The notes: generated by a model not told the origin, from the sequence alone. Numbered from the whole stretch's first letter, positions 35,115 to 48,099 are shown. The stretch: 63,081 nt of DNA, filler included, from Globobulimina sp. (GCA_003354225.1; 18 parts of 18 records of this genome joined end to end with filler, not necessarily neighbours in it), one strand, 5' to 3'. Translations and numbers: made by a program.

Positions 35115-36981
35115 CTCGAGGCATCCCATACAAACAAAGAGGATTCCAAATTAATCCTATTGCCATACAATGATTCGCCTTGCAATGTAATGCCCGTTGA
35201 TGGTGCCGTAAATTCCAATGTATGGCCAACAAACAAATGAAAATCGTTGTTTTGAGCTTGAGCGAGATCCGTCGATCTATTTAATATTATTGGTACGGAA
35301 ATGGTGATATTTGCTGTTTGTGCTGATGCGGATATTTTGATTGGTAATGAATTGATGACAATTGAAGCGGAGTTGGAGGATGTGATAAATTCAATATTGC
35401 CCTCATTACCAAATGATTGTATAGATATATTTTTATTTATTGTAATATCATTATTTATAAAATTAAATATTAATTTATCATGCAAATTGTATACATTTTG
35501 CTTGATATAAATGCCATTATATCCGATTACAGAAACACCGCCGTTTGTATTTGAGGCAAATGAAGTTATATCGTCATCAAATTGAATATATTGATATGTA
35601 CCATTTTGTGTGGCTGAAATAAATTTGATTTCTCCGCCTGAAATACCATTCATATCGCTTGATTGATCAAAACCCGATATAAAAATTGAGCCATTGTATG
35701 AATCAAATATTAGATTTCTACTAAATAATGATGATAATTCGCTTTGTAATAGATTTAATGAATAGATATTATTATCAGACGGTGTTGTTACGCCGCCAAT
35801 GGCCATCGAATACGACGATGAACATCTTTCTGAAATTATAATTGTTGAATCGGATGCATTCGCGGATATTGTTACATTTTCATTCATTTTAATGTTGTTA
35901 TAAATTGTTATGTCCCCATTATTTGATATAATAGTTTTGTTTGTTGCAATTGTTGTGTTTCCCATTGAATTGCAATTGTAATCTGACTGTGTGTTTTGTC
36001 AATTGTGTTTTTTGTGTTTTAATGTTTTTCCGACAACGGGTCTTTTTATAAACGTGTTTCTGGGAAAATGCTATATTTGTTTACAAAACAGATACAACAA
36101 AACAGATTGCACTGTATACACATAATTGAAAATTATATTTTATTGTATAATGGCATTCCGTTCTCCTGTTTGCTGATTTTGTTTTGCACACTGTTTCAAA
36201 ATGCTATTGCATCGCTGCCACAATAATGATATTACATTCGCTGAATCTGGATACCTGTTAATTTGTATTGGACAGATCTGTGGTCTCAATAAAACCACGC
36301 ATTATGTGTTAATGTACAACAATAAACGTACTCCAATATAATGTCCAATTATGTATACAATGCAATTATAAAAATCCAAAGATTTGAAATATTTGCTTAA
36401 ACCTTGCATGGTGGCTTGTTTCTATTGTATAAATTATGTTTGTTTGTTGTACTTGTTTTGCAAACAAATATTGTATGTTTTCCCAGAAACCTCAACGAAT
36501 ATATCGCCAGATGTAAGCACAACACCTGAATGAATATATTGCCTTTGTTCTCAATGTTTGATGAAATAATTATTGATTTATTTGAAATCAAAGTTAATGT
36601 ATTTATTGATGTGGATTGTATCAAATGATTTATTTCTATATTTTCATTGCTTTGTATGATTATGTTTGTGGACAATAATTCTGTTTCAACAGCATTTGTT
36701 GTTATGTACAATTTATTTAATTTATCATTGCCACATAAAGTAACATTTCTGGTATTTTCTCGGTCATAATAATTTATCCCGTTTACTATTATCACGTTTG
36801 AACAATTGCCATCAATATGTGCCTCACAAACGGATGATATCATTTTATTGTCAATTGAATGATAATACATATTGGAGGACGTGCATGGCCCTTCTAATAT
36901 TTTATTGATATAAATTGAATTCGTTGATGATAAGAAATAAAATATAGAACATGAGAGTAATAAATAACGCATAGCATCCAT
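35115..36981 (-). CDS. Large secreted or surface beta-rich (I/N/S-rich) protein, multi-exon, 3'-truncated
   Basis: Signal-peptide-like start MDAMRYLLLSCSIFYFLSS; two ORF blocks of similar composition; exon structure not fully resolved. Confidence 0.55.
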
Positions 36982-37898
36982 ATCGATTATTTCTTATCGT
37001 TGAGTTGATACCTTTTGATTATTTGTCATATATACGAAATTTGTGTGGGTGTATGATAAAACAGAAAATCGGAAAAAAAAACAAAAATTTGATCGCGCAA
37101 ATAGGCCTATTGATAAACCCAAAGCAGTCTAAATATGTTCTCTCCTAATTCTGCAGTTGTTTTTTGATGACTATAGTTTTCTGTTTTAGTTCATTAAAGG
37201 ATGATCGTTTTATTTTTCCACTTTGTGAATTTTTTTCGACCATGTCAGAATTACATTATTTTGTAAGCAGATTAAATTAAATGGATAGTATTCATACAGC
37301 AATACATACACAATTCTCCAACACAAAAAACGCAACAAAAAAAGATGAAGTCATCATGTGAACGCTATAAATGGCATTGCAATGTGAACGCTATAAAATG
37401 TTACAATTCAACAAATTGCAGCTGAAATAAACAAAAATATGTCAATATTATAAGCATAAAATATACAAAATAAAATAACATAACCCATCTGATAGGTGAC
37501 AAGTCAACAACTTTCAAATGATTTGAATGTTTCCTCACCAAACACAGCTGCCAGCAATCGTTTGTTTTTCATGGTGTTTGCTGTTATATTGGTTGTATCA
37601 AATTGTGCGATACCAATGCTAGTACTCATATTATTCAACTTCTGTATCTTCATATTCATAATGCATTCCATATTCAAATATCCAACCCGATGAATCTTGG
37701 AAAAGTGTGAATAGATCTTTGTTGATAGAAAATGAAATATTAAATGCTATTAATTATTAAAGGAAAGCTAACTATGTCATAAATTGCATTTAAAAATCGA
37801 AAGAAGAGCACAAGATTTCATTAATTTACGTTCAGTCATACAAAAATCGGCAAAATTGGAAAACGGAAAGCAGCACAAATAATGTTAAAGATCGTTCA

Positions 37899-38523
37899 TT
37901 ACGAATGTATTTCTTGTCTCAATTGTATCATTTCTTGTTTCCATTTTTCAATTATCTCTTGTTTTTGTTGTATTACTTGTAATTGATTATCATTCCATGC
38001 AATAATGGGATTTAATGCATTTACAACATTAGTATTTGTTTGCTGCAATGTGCTATTTATTGCATCAATCATTGCTTTGAATGTTTCCTCACTCAAATCA
38101 TTGCCAAACGTCCTCAAATCAGTATCAATTGCTTTACTAAATGTATTCAATTTATATGTTAACCAAACAACGCTCGCTGACAATGTCATAACGGATAATA
38201 GCGGATGATTAAATAAATAAAATGCTGGGGATATTAACAAAGCACTGATCTCACTCAATGCAACATGTCGCTGATGTTTATTAATAATATTTTGGATCAT
38301 AATATCAATTGAATTATAATCAAATGTAATTTTTATTTCAGATAACTCATTGATACTTTGTTGCAATATTTCCTCTCTTATTCTGCGCAAATCGCTGATA
38401 CTGTCCTCATGGCCATCATTCTCTTGTATATTTTGTTTTAATTTCCCGATAATTTCATCAATACATTGATGCATATTACTTTTTATACTGTAAATCCACG
38501 GATTTATAGTTGTATTTAAATCA
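37899..38523 (-). CDS. C-terminal part of a coiled-coil protein with a hydrophobic hairpin, 5'-partial
   Basis: Helical heptads flank a hydrophobic stretch; loosely like the C-termini of mitofusins or bacterial dynamin-like proteins, unverified. Confidence 0.5.
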
Positions 38524-39213
38524 NNNNNNNNNNNNNNNNNNNNNNNNNNNNNNNNNNNNNNNNNNNNTTAATTAATTAANNNNNNNNNNNNNNNNNNNNN
38601 NNNNNNNNNNNNNNNNNNNNNNNGAGTAGTGAGGTAGCGCGAGCGCCAACCTGCTTTAACACATAAATTGCGTCGACTGTTGCAGTACGATGACATACAA
38701 CAAGAGAGAATATCAAAGGTAGAATAGAGTGCAATATCCAATCAACAAACTCTCACAGAAAAAACTGTTTGATCCACTTTCTGTTCAACCAGGTATGTAA
38801 AGAAGAAAAAACAAATAAAAACAAAAATATGTCAATAAACACAAACTGAATTCAAAATAAATATTAAATCAGCACTTATTCGACAATATAATTATTTGTA
38901 TCAAAAGAAACTATGGCATCCATTTTATGCTTAATTTGCTTATTAAATAGAATCTCACGTTTGTTTAAAATTAAGTTATTTCCGATACATACTGATTATA
39001 CTAATTATCCCCATAAATAAAATTTATTAGCCGGCCACTGTTTTAATAATATTATGATTTGCACCATAATAATTGCGAATTGTAAAGAAAATAACGAAGA
39101 CGAAAAAGATAATTTATGATACTTGTCTTTGATATAAATTCTGCAGCCCAGACTGCCCAGTACTAGGATTTTTTAATTAAACTGTTTTTCACAAACTCAG
39201 CAAACGTTTCGCA

Positions 39214-40362
39214 ATGTCACACAAACGCAAATCTCGCAGTTTCATTGATAAATTCATCAACGAGGATGCCTTTACAATCTATGAAGCACCTCTCAAGAAA
39301 CAAAAAACTAATTTATCGACTCCATTATTTTCAAATATTGAGGATGTCAAACAATTTAAAGCCATTTACCACGCACTAAACACATCCATCCTTATCCAAC
39401 AATGCCGTGTTCCCACTGATATCATTCAGGAAATCTCTGAATTTGCCACGGGAACAATTTCAGTGTGTATTAATTACAAAAAGTGTAAGAATGAAATCCT
39501 CGTTTTACATTCCACCAAATCTCAAAACTGTTTCTCAAACATTGACTGTTCGTCGAATGATGAGTATTTGGAGGAATATGGATATCTGGAATGCAAAGAG
39601 TATATTTACAACGAACCGAATGACTCAAATGATTTGAACACAGAGACACAAATAATATGTAAACAGTGTGCCAAATCTGTAAAGAATAAGTGCGACAAAC
39701 ACGTATTCGACGGAGATGATGCTTTGTTTTGCAGCAAATTATTTTGTGACAGTTTGTGTGTTTGCGGTGAACAAATAAATCATTGCGATGTTCATAGAGC
39801 AAAATGCAAATATTGTTCACGAGATACGTGTTGGTCTGGATATGGTGACTGCGAATCGCGGTGTTTGGCGCATATAGAACGAGAATGTGTGTCGTGCAAA
39901 ACATCATTTTGTAAATTTATGGATGGGATAAGATATTGCAATGATTGTAGAAAATATGTGTGTAAAGCATGCATTGTACAAAGTTGTGATTGCAAAGAAG
40001 ATAAGGAATTTGCGGGAGTATTTATTGGCTGTTTTGTGCATAAAGAATGTGTCTCATTTGGTGAGCACGCAAAGCATTTAATAGGATGCCAATGTCAACA
40101 TAATTGCGCTGAGAAAACTTGTTGTTGTTGGTATGATGACTATGCTTTCGATGTGGTGGGCAATGAATGTCCGAATTCTGTGGTTTGCATAAAATGTGAT
40201 CGGATTTATAGTGAGCAACATGTCAAATATGTATGGTTTACGTGTCCACAATGTCATGGATGGTGTGGCCATGCGGTTTGTGACAAATGTAATGAGGGTT
40301 ATTCATGGAAAAAGAGTAAAAGTAATTGTAAGACCTGTAATGCTAAATGTCGTCACAAATGA
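39214..40362 (+). CDS. Cys-rich protein with many CxxC pairs
   Basis: Intact 382-aa ORF; more than 10 CxxC motifs; basic N-terminus. Confidence 0.75.
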   Translation: MSHKRKSRSFIDKFINEDAFTIYEAPLKKQKTNLSTPLFSNIEDVKQFKAIYHALNTSILIQQCRVPTDIIQEISEFATGTISVCINYKKCKNEILVLHSTKSQNCFSNIDCSSNDEYLEEYGYLECKEYIYNEPNDSNDLNTETQIICKQCAKSVKNKCDKHVFDGDDALFCSKLFCDSLCVCGEQINHCDVHRAKCKYCSRDTCWSGYGDCESRCLAHIERECVSCKTSFCKFMDGIRYCNDCRKYVCKACIVQSCDCKEDKEFAGVFIGCFVHKECVSFGEHAKHLIGCQCQHNCAEKTCCCWYDDYAFDVVGNECPNSVVCIKCDRIYSEQHVKYVWFTCPQCHGWCGHAVCDKCNEGYSWKKSKSNCKTCNAKCRHK

Positions 40363-40523
40363 CTTTTTTAATTGGTAGCAATAAACATGACTTGTTTAAT
40401 TGTTGTTTGTTTAAGGTGGTTGCTTCAATTACGAGAGAATTCAGAATTGCCGTTTAACGCTTGTTATCCATATTTTGTAATATGAAAGATTTTCACAGAA
40501 AAAAAAACTTGACTGTACATAAC

Positions 40524-41452
40524 TTATTCCAATAACCAATCATTTGACGAGCAAAACAATTTATATGTTCCAGCATTAAATGTATTTATCAAATATGGCT
40601 TAAAATTATCGGAATCAACAACCAAAACAGCATTATCATGTGGGTGATGTTTGCAATTAACGGGTGGATCGTATCCCAGTAACTCCTTTATTACAAAATC
40701 TCTCGTTTTGCCAGTTCCGTGTCTTCCAGATCCTACCACCAAATGTAACGCATTTTGCAGAGTTACTCATCTCTTTAATTCAAATCCAATCACATATCGT
40801 AAGATGAATTGAGACACTATCAATGGGTAACCATGTAAATCAATTTCTATTTCTTTGCTACCCCTTAATCCAATATAGCCAAACTTTTGCAATGATTTGA
40901 ATACATCGACAATTCTCAATGAATCGACATTGTGATACAAAGCAATAGCGGCAAAAAGTTGCAGCTGCGCAAATTGCTCATCCATTGCAAGATTACTAAT
41001 GAAACTATTTAAAGTTAAATAAACCATATATTTGGCTTCAAAATCATATTGAATCTCCACATCGTCCTTTATTATATTATGGAGTGCCACACATTTCATT
41101 CGCATTGTTTTGACTCGAGTCTGCACAAACACTCTCTGGGCTCATTCGCTTTGAGGTATGCTCTGCAAATATTGTGGTATTTTATAATATCTATTGGTAT
41201 TTCAAAGTTTTCCATCACAGCCAAACTTTGTTAACACCTTTTACGTCTCCAATGAGACTGAATACATTTAAATATGCACCAAAAGGGGTTTCATCCTTTG
41301 CAACTTTGTGTGATTGTAACCTGATCAAATATTGCTCAAATACCTGCTGTGCCATTTGCAGTTTACAGCTAACCGCACAAACTGAAATCATCTCGCTATA
41401 GGAATAGGAGTTTGGTTCTAAATCATATTCAACGGTCATTAATCTCCAATAT
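40524..41452 (-). pseudogene. Disrupted PPR-Smr gene
   Basis: PPR-like LEPNSYSYSEMISVCA...AQQVFE; Smr motifs IDLHGYP and VVGSGRHG; split by several frameshifts; 5' end replaced by AT-rich repeats. Confidence 0.75.
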
Positions 41453-41602
41453 TGTAAAAAAAAAATATATATTTTTTTTTGTTGTAATAAAAAAATATAT
41501 TGTTTTTTTGCAATTGTAAAAAAAATATATATACAAATTATCAGCAAAAAATTATGCCTTCATAATTCAGCCGAGCGAAGCGAGGTAAACAGAGATTACT
41601 GA

Positions 41603-42032
41603 CATTTAGGGAAGCGTTTAGGGCAATGATTAGTTTAGGATGATTACTTGCATAGTTTAGGACAGTAATCACTAGCATAATCTAGGGCAATGATAGGACA
41701 GTTTATGACAATGATTACTGGCATAGTTTAGGGTTAGTATATGATAGTTTAGGGTTAGTATAGGATAGTTTAGGATATGATGATTGCTAGCATAGTATAG
41801 GGCCGTAATCATTAGCATAATGTATGGCAATGATAGGATAGTTTAGGACAATGATTACTAGCATAGTATAGGATAGTTTATGGTTAGTATAGGATAGTTT
41901 AGGGCAATGATAGGATAGTTTAGGGTTAGTATAGGATAGTTTAGGATAGTTTAGGGCAATGATAGGATAGTTTAGGGCAATGATAGGATAGTTTAGGGCA
42001 ATGATAGGATAGTTTAGGGCAATGATAGGATA
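41603..42032 (+). repeat. Telomere-like 21-bp array (GTTTAGGGCAATGATAGGATA)n with degenerate internal variants
   Basis: Four perfect copies at 41949-42032 run to the contig end; internal variant GTTTAGGGTTAGTATAGGATA. Confidence 0.9.
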
Positions 42033-42236
42033 NNNNNNNNNNNNNNNNNNNNNNNNNNNNNNNNNNNNNNNNNNNNTTAATTAATTAANNNNNNNNNNNN
42101 NNNNNNNNNNNNNNNNNNNNNNNNNNNNNNNNATAATCAAATCTTGTATGTTTTTATAATAAATCCAATCCTAAAATATCGTGCGTTCCATTCCGATTAA
42201 CTCTCTTCTTTTTTTTTAAAATGACAGTCTCTATCT

Positions 42237-42848
42237 TTATACTTTTTTTTTTAAATGACAGACCTCAATCTTTTCATTATAAAACCGATAATAACGATTT
42301 TCTTTGGCATCCAATCCAAATGTTTGTTTAGCCTTTTCATGTTCAACACTGAATGTTATCCGTGATTCATTGTCTTTATAGGCAATGGCCTCTGCTCTTA
42401 AAGTATCTCTTAGCCACATCAACCACACTTGTTCATACTCTTTAAACGCAGCACAATAACTCGATAAGTCCGTGTTCATTCCAATCGTTATTCGACCAAG
42501 CGTCCCATCAATGAAATGAGCAATAAATGACTCCTTGCTTGAATTTCTAAAATCAAAACCATCAGTATTTTTTAACAATGAATGCATATATTTTGCATTA
42601 ATATCAATTGTTGAAGCACAATTTGCTAATTCGATAGAATATATATTTGATACTGGATTAAATGCCAATATTTTCCCACTCAAAGTTATTTCTTGATTTA
42701 TTTAATATTTTTGTTTTGTATTATCAATATTGGGAGTTAATTTTTGTCGTTTTGTTTGTGGAACTGATTCTGTTTGATCATCACCCACAATTTCATTGAA
42801 TGTCCGTTTTCTGCTTGATTTAATTTCAGTTTCTAACAGCGAAGACAT
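42237..42848 (-). pseudogene. Hypothetical gene with an in-frame TAA near 42703
   Basis: MSSLLETEIKSSRKRTF...KQKY*INQEITLSGK continues in frame into the 42237-42683 ORF. Confidence 0.5.
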
Positions 42849-42887
42849 TATCGTAGATTAATATTTTGAGTTTTTTTCAAAGTTTTC

Positions 42888-44006
42888 ATGTCACTGTTTG
42901 AGAAAATATCCGGTCAATTGTATAAAACAAAATCAGCATTTAAAAAATTGCCTCCATGGAAAAGAATGGTAGTTGCGGTGGTCTCCCTTGGTATCAGTTA
43001 CAAAATTTATAAAAGACTAAAACCGAAGAAAGTGTTGGTTGAAGAAGAATATTATCCAAATGTACCACATTTTACAGCACATAAAATCGCCAATATTAAA
43101 AAAAACAAATTAGGAGAATGTTGTATATGGGATGATCGTCAACAATTATTGTGTTGGATTGATAATATTGAAAAAAAATATTGGACATATGATCCAAAAA
43201 CAAAAGAAACAAAATCATATGATTTACCAGAAGAACCTGGCTCGTTTGCTTTATGTGAAGATGGATCACTTTTTTTTTGCTTTGCATCTGGTCCTTCTTT
43301 TTATGATATTGAAACCAAGAAAATGAGCAAAAAAATATATTCATTTGAACCAAATTTATCCACGAGAATGAATGATGGCCGTTGTGATAGAAACGGTCGT
43401 TTTGTGTGTGGCGGAGTTGTAAAATTTTCTAACAATGCAAGCAATATATTTACAAAAACTCTACAAACGTTTAAAAATATATATTTATGGAAATATATTA
43501 AATCATCAATACATAGAATTAATACAGACTTATCGCATGAAATTATTGTTGAAGATAATCAATGTTCGAATTCAATATGTTTTAGTTTGGATGGTAAAAC
43601 AATGTATTATACGGATAGTTTTACAAAGGAAATAAATAAATTAGATTATTATTTTGATGATAGGACGCCAACAAATTGTAGAGTTTTTTCAGACAAATAT
43701 AAAGGTTTTGCGGATGGCAGTGTAGTTGATGCAAAAGGGAATTTATGGAATGCAAGTTTTGGCATTGGTAAAATCACATGTTTTGATCCAAATGGTGATG
43801 TTATTATGGTGGTTGATGTACCGCAGAAATGTGTGACTTGCTGTACTTTTGGTGGTGAAAAATTAAATATATTGTTTATTACCACATTGGATGGATCTAT
43901 GTTTGGTATGGACGCAGAAGGAGGTGGTTATTTATATGCTGTGGAGTTACCACAGGATATTAAAGGCTGTCATGAGAATAGATTCAAAGGCAGAATGTGT
44001 AATTGA
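42888..44006 (+). CDS. SMP-30/gluconolactonase/regucalcin-family protein with an N-terminal anchor
   Basis: LGECCIWD, RMNDGRCD, SNSICFSLDGKTMYYTDS, DGSVVDAKGNLW and TCCTFGG motifs. Confidence 0.93.
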   Translation: MSLFEKISGQLYKTKSAFKKLPPWKRMVVAVVSLGISYKIYKRLKPKKVLVEEEYYPNVPHFTAHKIANIKKNKLGECCIWDDRQQLLCWIDNIEKKYWTYDPKTKETKSYDLPEEPGSFALCEDGSLFFCFASGPSFYDIETKKMSKKIYSFEPNLSTRMNDGRCDRNGRFVCGGVVKFSNNASNIFTKTLQTFKNIYLWKYIKSSIHRINTDLSHEIIVEDNQCSNSICFSLDGKTMYYTDSFTKEINKLDYYFDDRTPTNCRVFSDKYKGFADGSVVDAKGNLWNASFGIGKITCFDPNGDVIMVVDVPQKCVTCCTFGGEKLNILFITTLDGSMFGMDAEGGGYLYAVELPQDIKGCHENRFKGRMCN

Positions 44007-44150
44007 ATGACTAATTATTGCTCAGTTGTCCCTTTTTTTCCTTGTATTAAGTATTAACCTTTTTTATCAGCTCATTTCCGATCTATTTTATCATCTTTAT
44101 AAAGTCAGCTCATTTATTTAAACTGTTTCTAATCTGAGGCAAATTGTATC

Positions 44151-45541
44151 ATGGCAAACATATTTATTTTAAAAATAACATCAACAATCTACTATAGCTC
44201 CATTGGAGAAGCACTCACTACATTTGTTATAATGACAATAGCGACACTTGTAACAACGGTTATCTTTATTCATACAATATATAAATTTTTCTGTGAGAAA
44301 ATCCCAATATTTGATGGCGAAGTGATTGTAAATGACAGAAAACAAAACAGTGAAAATAGCAAATCATCACATGCATCTGTACGGGTTCCACGACCAAATT
44401 CAATGTCTACGCGAAGTCGTGGCGGTTCACGCAGCGGCCATTCACATCCAGCACATTCAAAACAAATATCCTTTTTAATCGCAGGATTAACAATATGCTA
44501 TTTATTAAATGCCTCATTATATACATTTATCAACTGCTTAATCCGTTTATTAATGATCTTTTGTAATGTAAACATCAGCTGTTATTATTTAGGATATGCA
44601 CAAATCAGTTACATACTAATTAAAATCTCATTTTATGTACTATTTATTGTACGGCTTCATTTAACTTTTGCAGACAGCAATTTAGCGGTAAAGCCATTAT
44701 ACCTCACATGCATCTGCAGCATGAGCATATTGTTACTGATTGCAGCATTTATTTATTTTCTATTTGATGTGGAATCACAATTCGAATCAGCAGGCTTTGA
44801 CTGTTCACAAAATGCAAATTTTAACTTGGTTGCTCCATTATTACCAGCTGTCTTTGTGGATACCACCACTTGCATCATATTATTATATTTATTTATAAAC
44901 AAATTAAGCCAACTCATACGATATCAAACCTCGTCCATAACCTCGTTCACGGCTCTGTCCGCTGATAAATATCTCGTTGATAGAATTAAAAACTTAATAT
45001 TAGTCATGACCAAACTAACAGTCTTAGTATGTGTCTATATCATCGGTTATTGGTTCATATTATTTACGTTTTTCCCTCTTTTACCTGGCTCTGCCATTAT
45101 GATCGATATTGTTGTGGGCACTTTTTGTGTCATATTTTGTTACGAGTTTCATGAAAATAATTATGATTATTACTGTATGCCCTGCAAATATTTATGTTTT
45201 CATGCCTGTTTTTGGTGGTTTATTATCTGTAAAACGGAGGATATAAATGTAAATTCATTGCGATGTAAAGATATATGTTGTCCCGAGAGCAATTTGCAAA
45301 GGAAAAATAAGGACAATGATAAAAAAGAAGTGATGCTAACTATAAAAGAAACAAATAATAACACGGAGGAACACAATGCGGACAATAACATTGAAGCAAT
45401 GATAATGCACTCTCAAATAGAGCTTGATAACAATGCAAAAGAATGCAATGACGACAAAAGGTGCACTGATCCGGCACCAATGATACAGAAAGTGGCTAGT
45501 TTGAGTATAGATGAATTTGAACATGAAAAAACAAATACATT
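44151..45541 (+). CDS. 7TM GPCR-like membrane protein, 3'-truncated
   Basis: Seven hydrophobic segments; RLHLTF after TM3; Cys-rich tail. Confidence 0.7.
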
Positions 45542-45790
45542 NNNNNNNNNNNNNNNNNNNNNNNNNNNNNNNNNNNNNNNNNNNNTTAATTAATTAANNN
45601 NNNNNNNNNNNNNNNNNNNNNNNNNNNNNNNNNNNNNNNNNAATGTGAGGAATGTGGTGAATGTGAGGAATGAGGTGAATGCGCTGCATGGATGGCATGC
45701 GTTGCATATCCAACACGAGGCTGTGACTGTGACTGTGTGTAAATAGGTTAAGTATGACACGTAAATTCAACACAAACTCACAAAATAACG

Positions 45791-46420
45791 TTAACATACA
45801 TTATGGTCATGAAATAAAGGCATATTAACTGACTCTGACTGCTGATGATTATTATGATTATTTTGATTATTTTTCCATTGTTTGGCAGTATGACTTAGCA
45901 TCGCTTTCATATTATTCATATTGGTAATAATCATCATATCATTCATGTGTTGTTTCATTTCTTTCATCATTTCATTCATTTTGATCATATTATTCATACT
46001 ATGGGCCCTTGGCGCTGCAGCCACATTTGGTGACTGTTTGGGGGAATATTTGGGCGAATAATGAGGCCCCGAAGAGGGAGACACTGAGTTGGTATCATTG
46101 TCGTATGCTGTTATTGCTGGCATTGTAATATTATTATAATGCGTAATTCCATTAATATTGTTGTTTAAATTTGAATTGTAATTATAATTTGAGGCTACAG
46201 TTGAATTTGCGACGAGATCCGGCAATAAATGATCATTAATGACTCGTTGTTGTGGCTGCCCAGTGGGATATGCTGGATTATGATAAGTATTGTTGTTATA
46301 CAATGAATTGTGATCATTATAAACCGGCGGTGGTACTCCATCGTACGCAAATTCTTGTGGATTGTAATGGTTATTCCAGGGCAAAAACAACGAGTCATTG
46401 GTGCTGTTTACTGTATCCAT
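45791..46420 (-). CDS. Low-complexity Asn/His/Met-rich hypothetical protein
   Basis: Open frame with coding-like composition; may continue through an intron past 45791. Confidence 0.5.
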   Translation of the reverse strand: MDTVNSTNDSLFLPWNNHYNPQEFAYDGVPPPVYNDHNSLYNNNTYHNPAYPTGQPQQRVINDHLLPDLVANSTVASNYNYNSNLNNNINGITHYNNITMPAITAYDNDTNSVSPSSGPHYSPKYSPKQSPNVAAAPRAHSMNNMIKMNEMMKEMKQHMNDMMIITNMNNMKAMLSHTAKQWKNNQNNHNNHQQSESVNMPLFHDHNVC

Positions 46421-46938
46421 TTTGCACTTTTCTTTGGTTTGCTGAAAACGGATAGAAATTGCAACACAATCCAATCAGATAAAGACTGTGTGCGTAGCGG
46501 CGACGAATCGGGTAATTTATTTAACGATTTATCAGTTAAATACTTATACTTTTGATATTTCTGAGTGAGTGTATGATAAAAGTGATTTAATAGTTGCAAG
46601 TCGATGAGTAATAAGGCGACAATCGATGTGTTTATAATATCAAAGGGATTCTCGATAGTGTATGGTTGGTGTAATGCGATTCTTGTCTCTAAATACGAGA
46701 TTCGTAATTGGTTATTTTCTGGTTCGGGGAAGCCGGTACTAAACCAAACAGCGGCTTCGAATATGCACAAAATAGCGATGCAAAAGGATATGCGAGCTAA
46801 TAACTTGCCGATGGATGAGGGCGTTTTCCGTTTGCGACGAATTGCTGTGAATCTGCTTGTTTTTATCTTCTCAGTGGCAAATGAATGATAATTACGCTTT
46901 GGAGTTAAAGTTCGTAGGACGTTTCTAATAAAACCCAT
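46408..46938 (-). CDS. Hypothetical membrane protein
   Basis: ATG-initiated 176-aa ORF with two hydrophobic segments. Confidence 0.45.
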   Translation of the reverse strand: MGFIRNVLRTLTPKRNYHSFATEKIKTSRFTAIRRKRKTPSSIGKLLARISFCIAILCIFEAAVWFSTGFPEPENNQLRISYLETRIALHQPYTIENPFDIINTSIVALLLIDLQLLNHFYHTLTQKYQKYKYLTDKSLNKLPDSSPLRTQSLSDWIVLQFLSVFSKPKKSAKWIQ

Positions 46939-47178
46939 TGAATTAAAAAACCATCAGCTACACACGAGCGAATGATCAGAGAAACAGTTTTTGGCTGGTT
47001 TTAAAATTTCACTTTGAGGTTTTGTAGTAATATATATTAAAATATGTCGAATGCACCTGATTTAAAAGAAGGTGGACGATAATTTTCCTGTATCTGCATT
47101 CTTTATATACCTCACTTAATATATACAGACGATTCCGGTGATGAATTATCATCAGCAAATGACTTTGTTCAGATATAT

Positions 47179-48099
47179 ATGATAACAATTGATATCATTG
47201 GTGCATATAATTTAGAAAAGGCAGATGTGTTTGGTTTATCTGACCCATATTGCAAAGTATCTGCATTCGACACATCATACACGACCTGCACCATACGAAA
47301 ATCATTAAATCCAACATGGAATGAACGGGTTGAGCTGACATTTTTTAATGATCCCAAAACCATAAGATTTGAAATATTTGACTTTGATGGGAAACTGGGA
47401 GGGAAGGATGATGATATTGGTGATTGTGAGTTTCATTTAAAACCAAATATATATAATTCCAAGGATGGGTATAAAGGGAAAATCCAATTAGAAAATTGCA
47501 AATCGGGAGAGATAGAAATAAATATATGTGCACGCAAATTATTACCATTGGAATTAGAGAAACGAGCAAAGGATTTACAAGAAACATCGGCGAAAAATAC
47601 AGACATTATAGCAACGCATGATGCAGAGACTCGAGATTTAAATAAAAAGAATGAAATATTGGAGAATGATATGCAAAGCATTGGAGCTGATATTAAGGGC
47701 TTAAATGAAGAGATTCCAGAAAGAGAAGAGGAGCAAAAGCAAGACAGAGAAAGATATGAGGAGTTGGATGGAGAGAATAAAAAGATATGTCAAGATATTA
47801 AAGGTATTGAAGAGACGTATAATGATTTAGAGAAAGAGGAAAATGAAGTTATTAAAGCGAAGAATGGAGTGATTAAAGAATGGATGCATTTGAGACAAGA
47901 GATACAAGAGATGGAGAAGAAGAAGAATGAGAAAAAGGAAGAAGAGAATGTTTCTGCAGTTTATAGTGATAAGTTTTTGGAGGCCGATTATGAAGATCCA
48001 AACTATGGATTACTTGCCAATGATAAGAAAGCTATTGAAACAGCAGAGGTTTTTGATGCAAATTCAAATGAATGTTGTTCAAAATGTATTGTTTTGTAA
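47179..48099 (+). CDS. C2-domain coiled-coil protein with a CaaX motif
   Basis: ADVFGLSDPYC, LNPTWNE and FDFD...DDDIG C2 motifs; C-terminal CCSKCIVL. Confidence 0.9.
   Translation: MITIDIIGAYNLEKADVFGLSDPYCKVSAFDTSYTTCTIRKSLNPTWNERVELTFFNDPKTIRFEIFDFDGKLGGKDDDIGDCEFHLKPNIYNSKDGYKGKIQLENCKSGEIEINICARKLLPLELEKRAKDLQETSAKNTDIIATHDAETRDLNKKNEILENDMQSIGADIKGLNEEIPEREEEQKQDRERYEELDGENKKICQDIKGIEETYNDLEKEENEVIKAKNGVIKEWMHLRQEIQEMEKKKNEKKEEENVSAVYSDKFLEADYEDPNYGLLANDKKAIETAEVFDANSNECCSKCIVL

Noticed and set aside
42700-42706. In-frame TAA as a sign of stop-codon reassignment
   Set aside because: TAA, TAG and TGA all end conserved genes at the expected positions elsewhere; a mutation or sequencing error is more likely.
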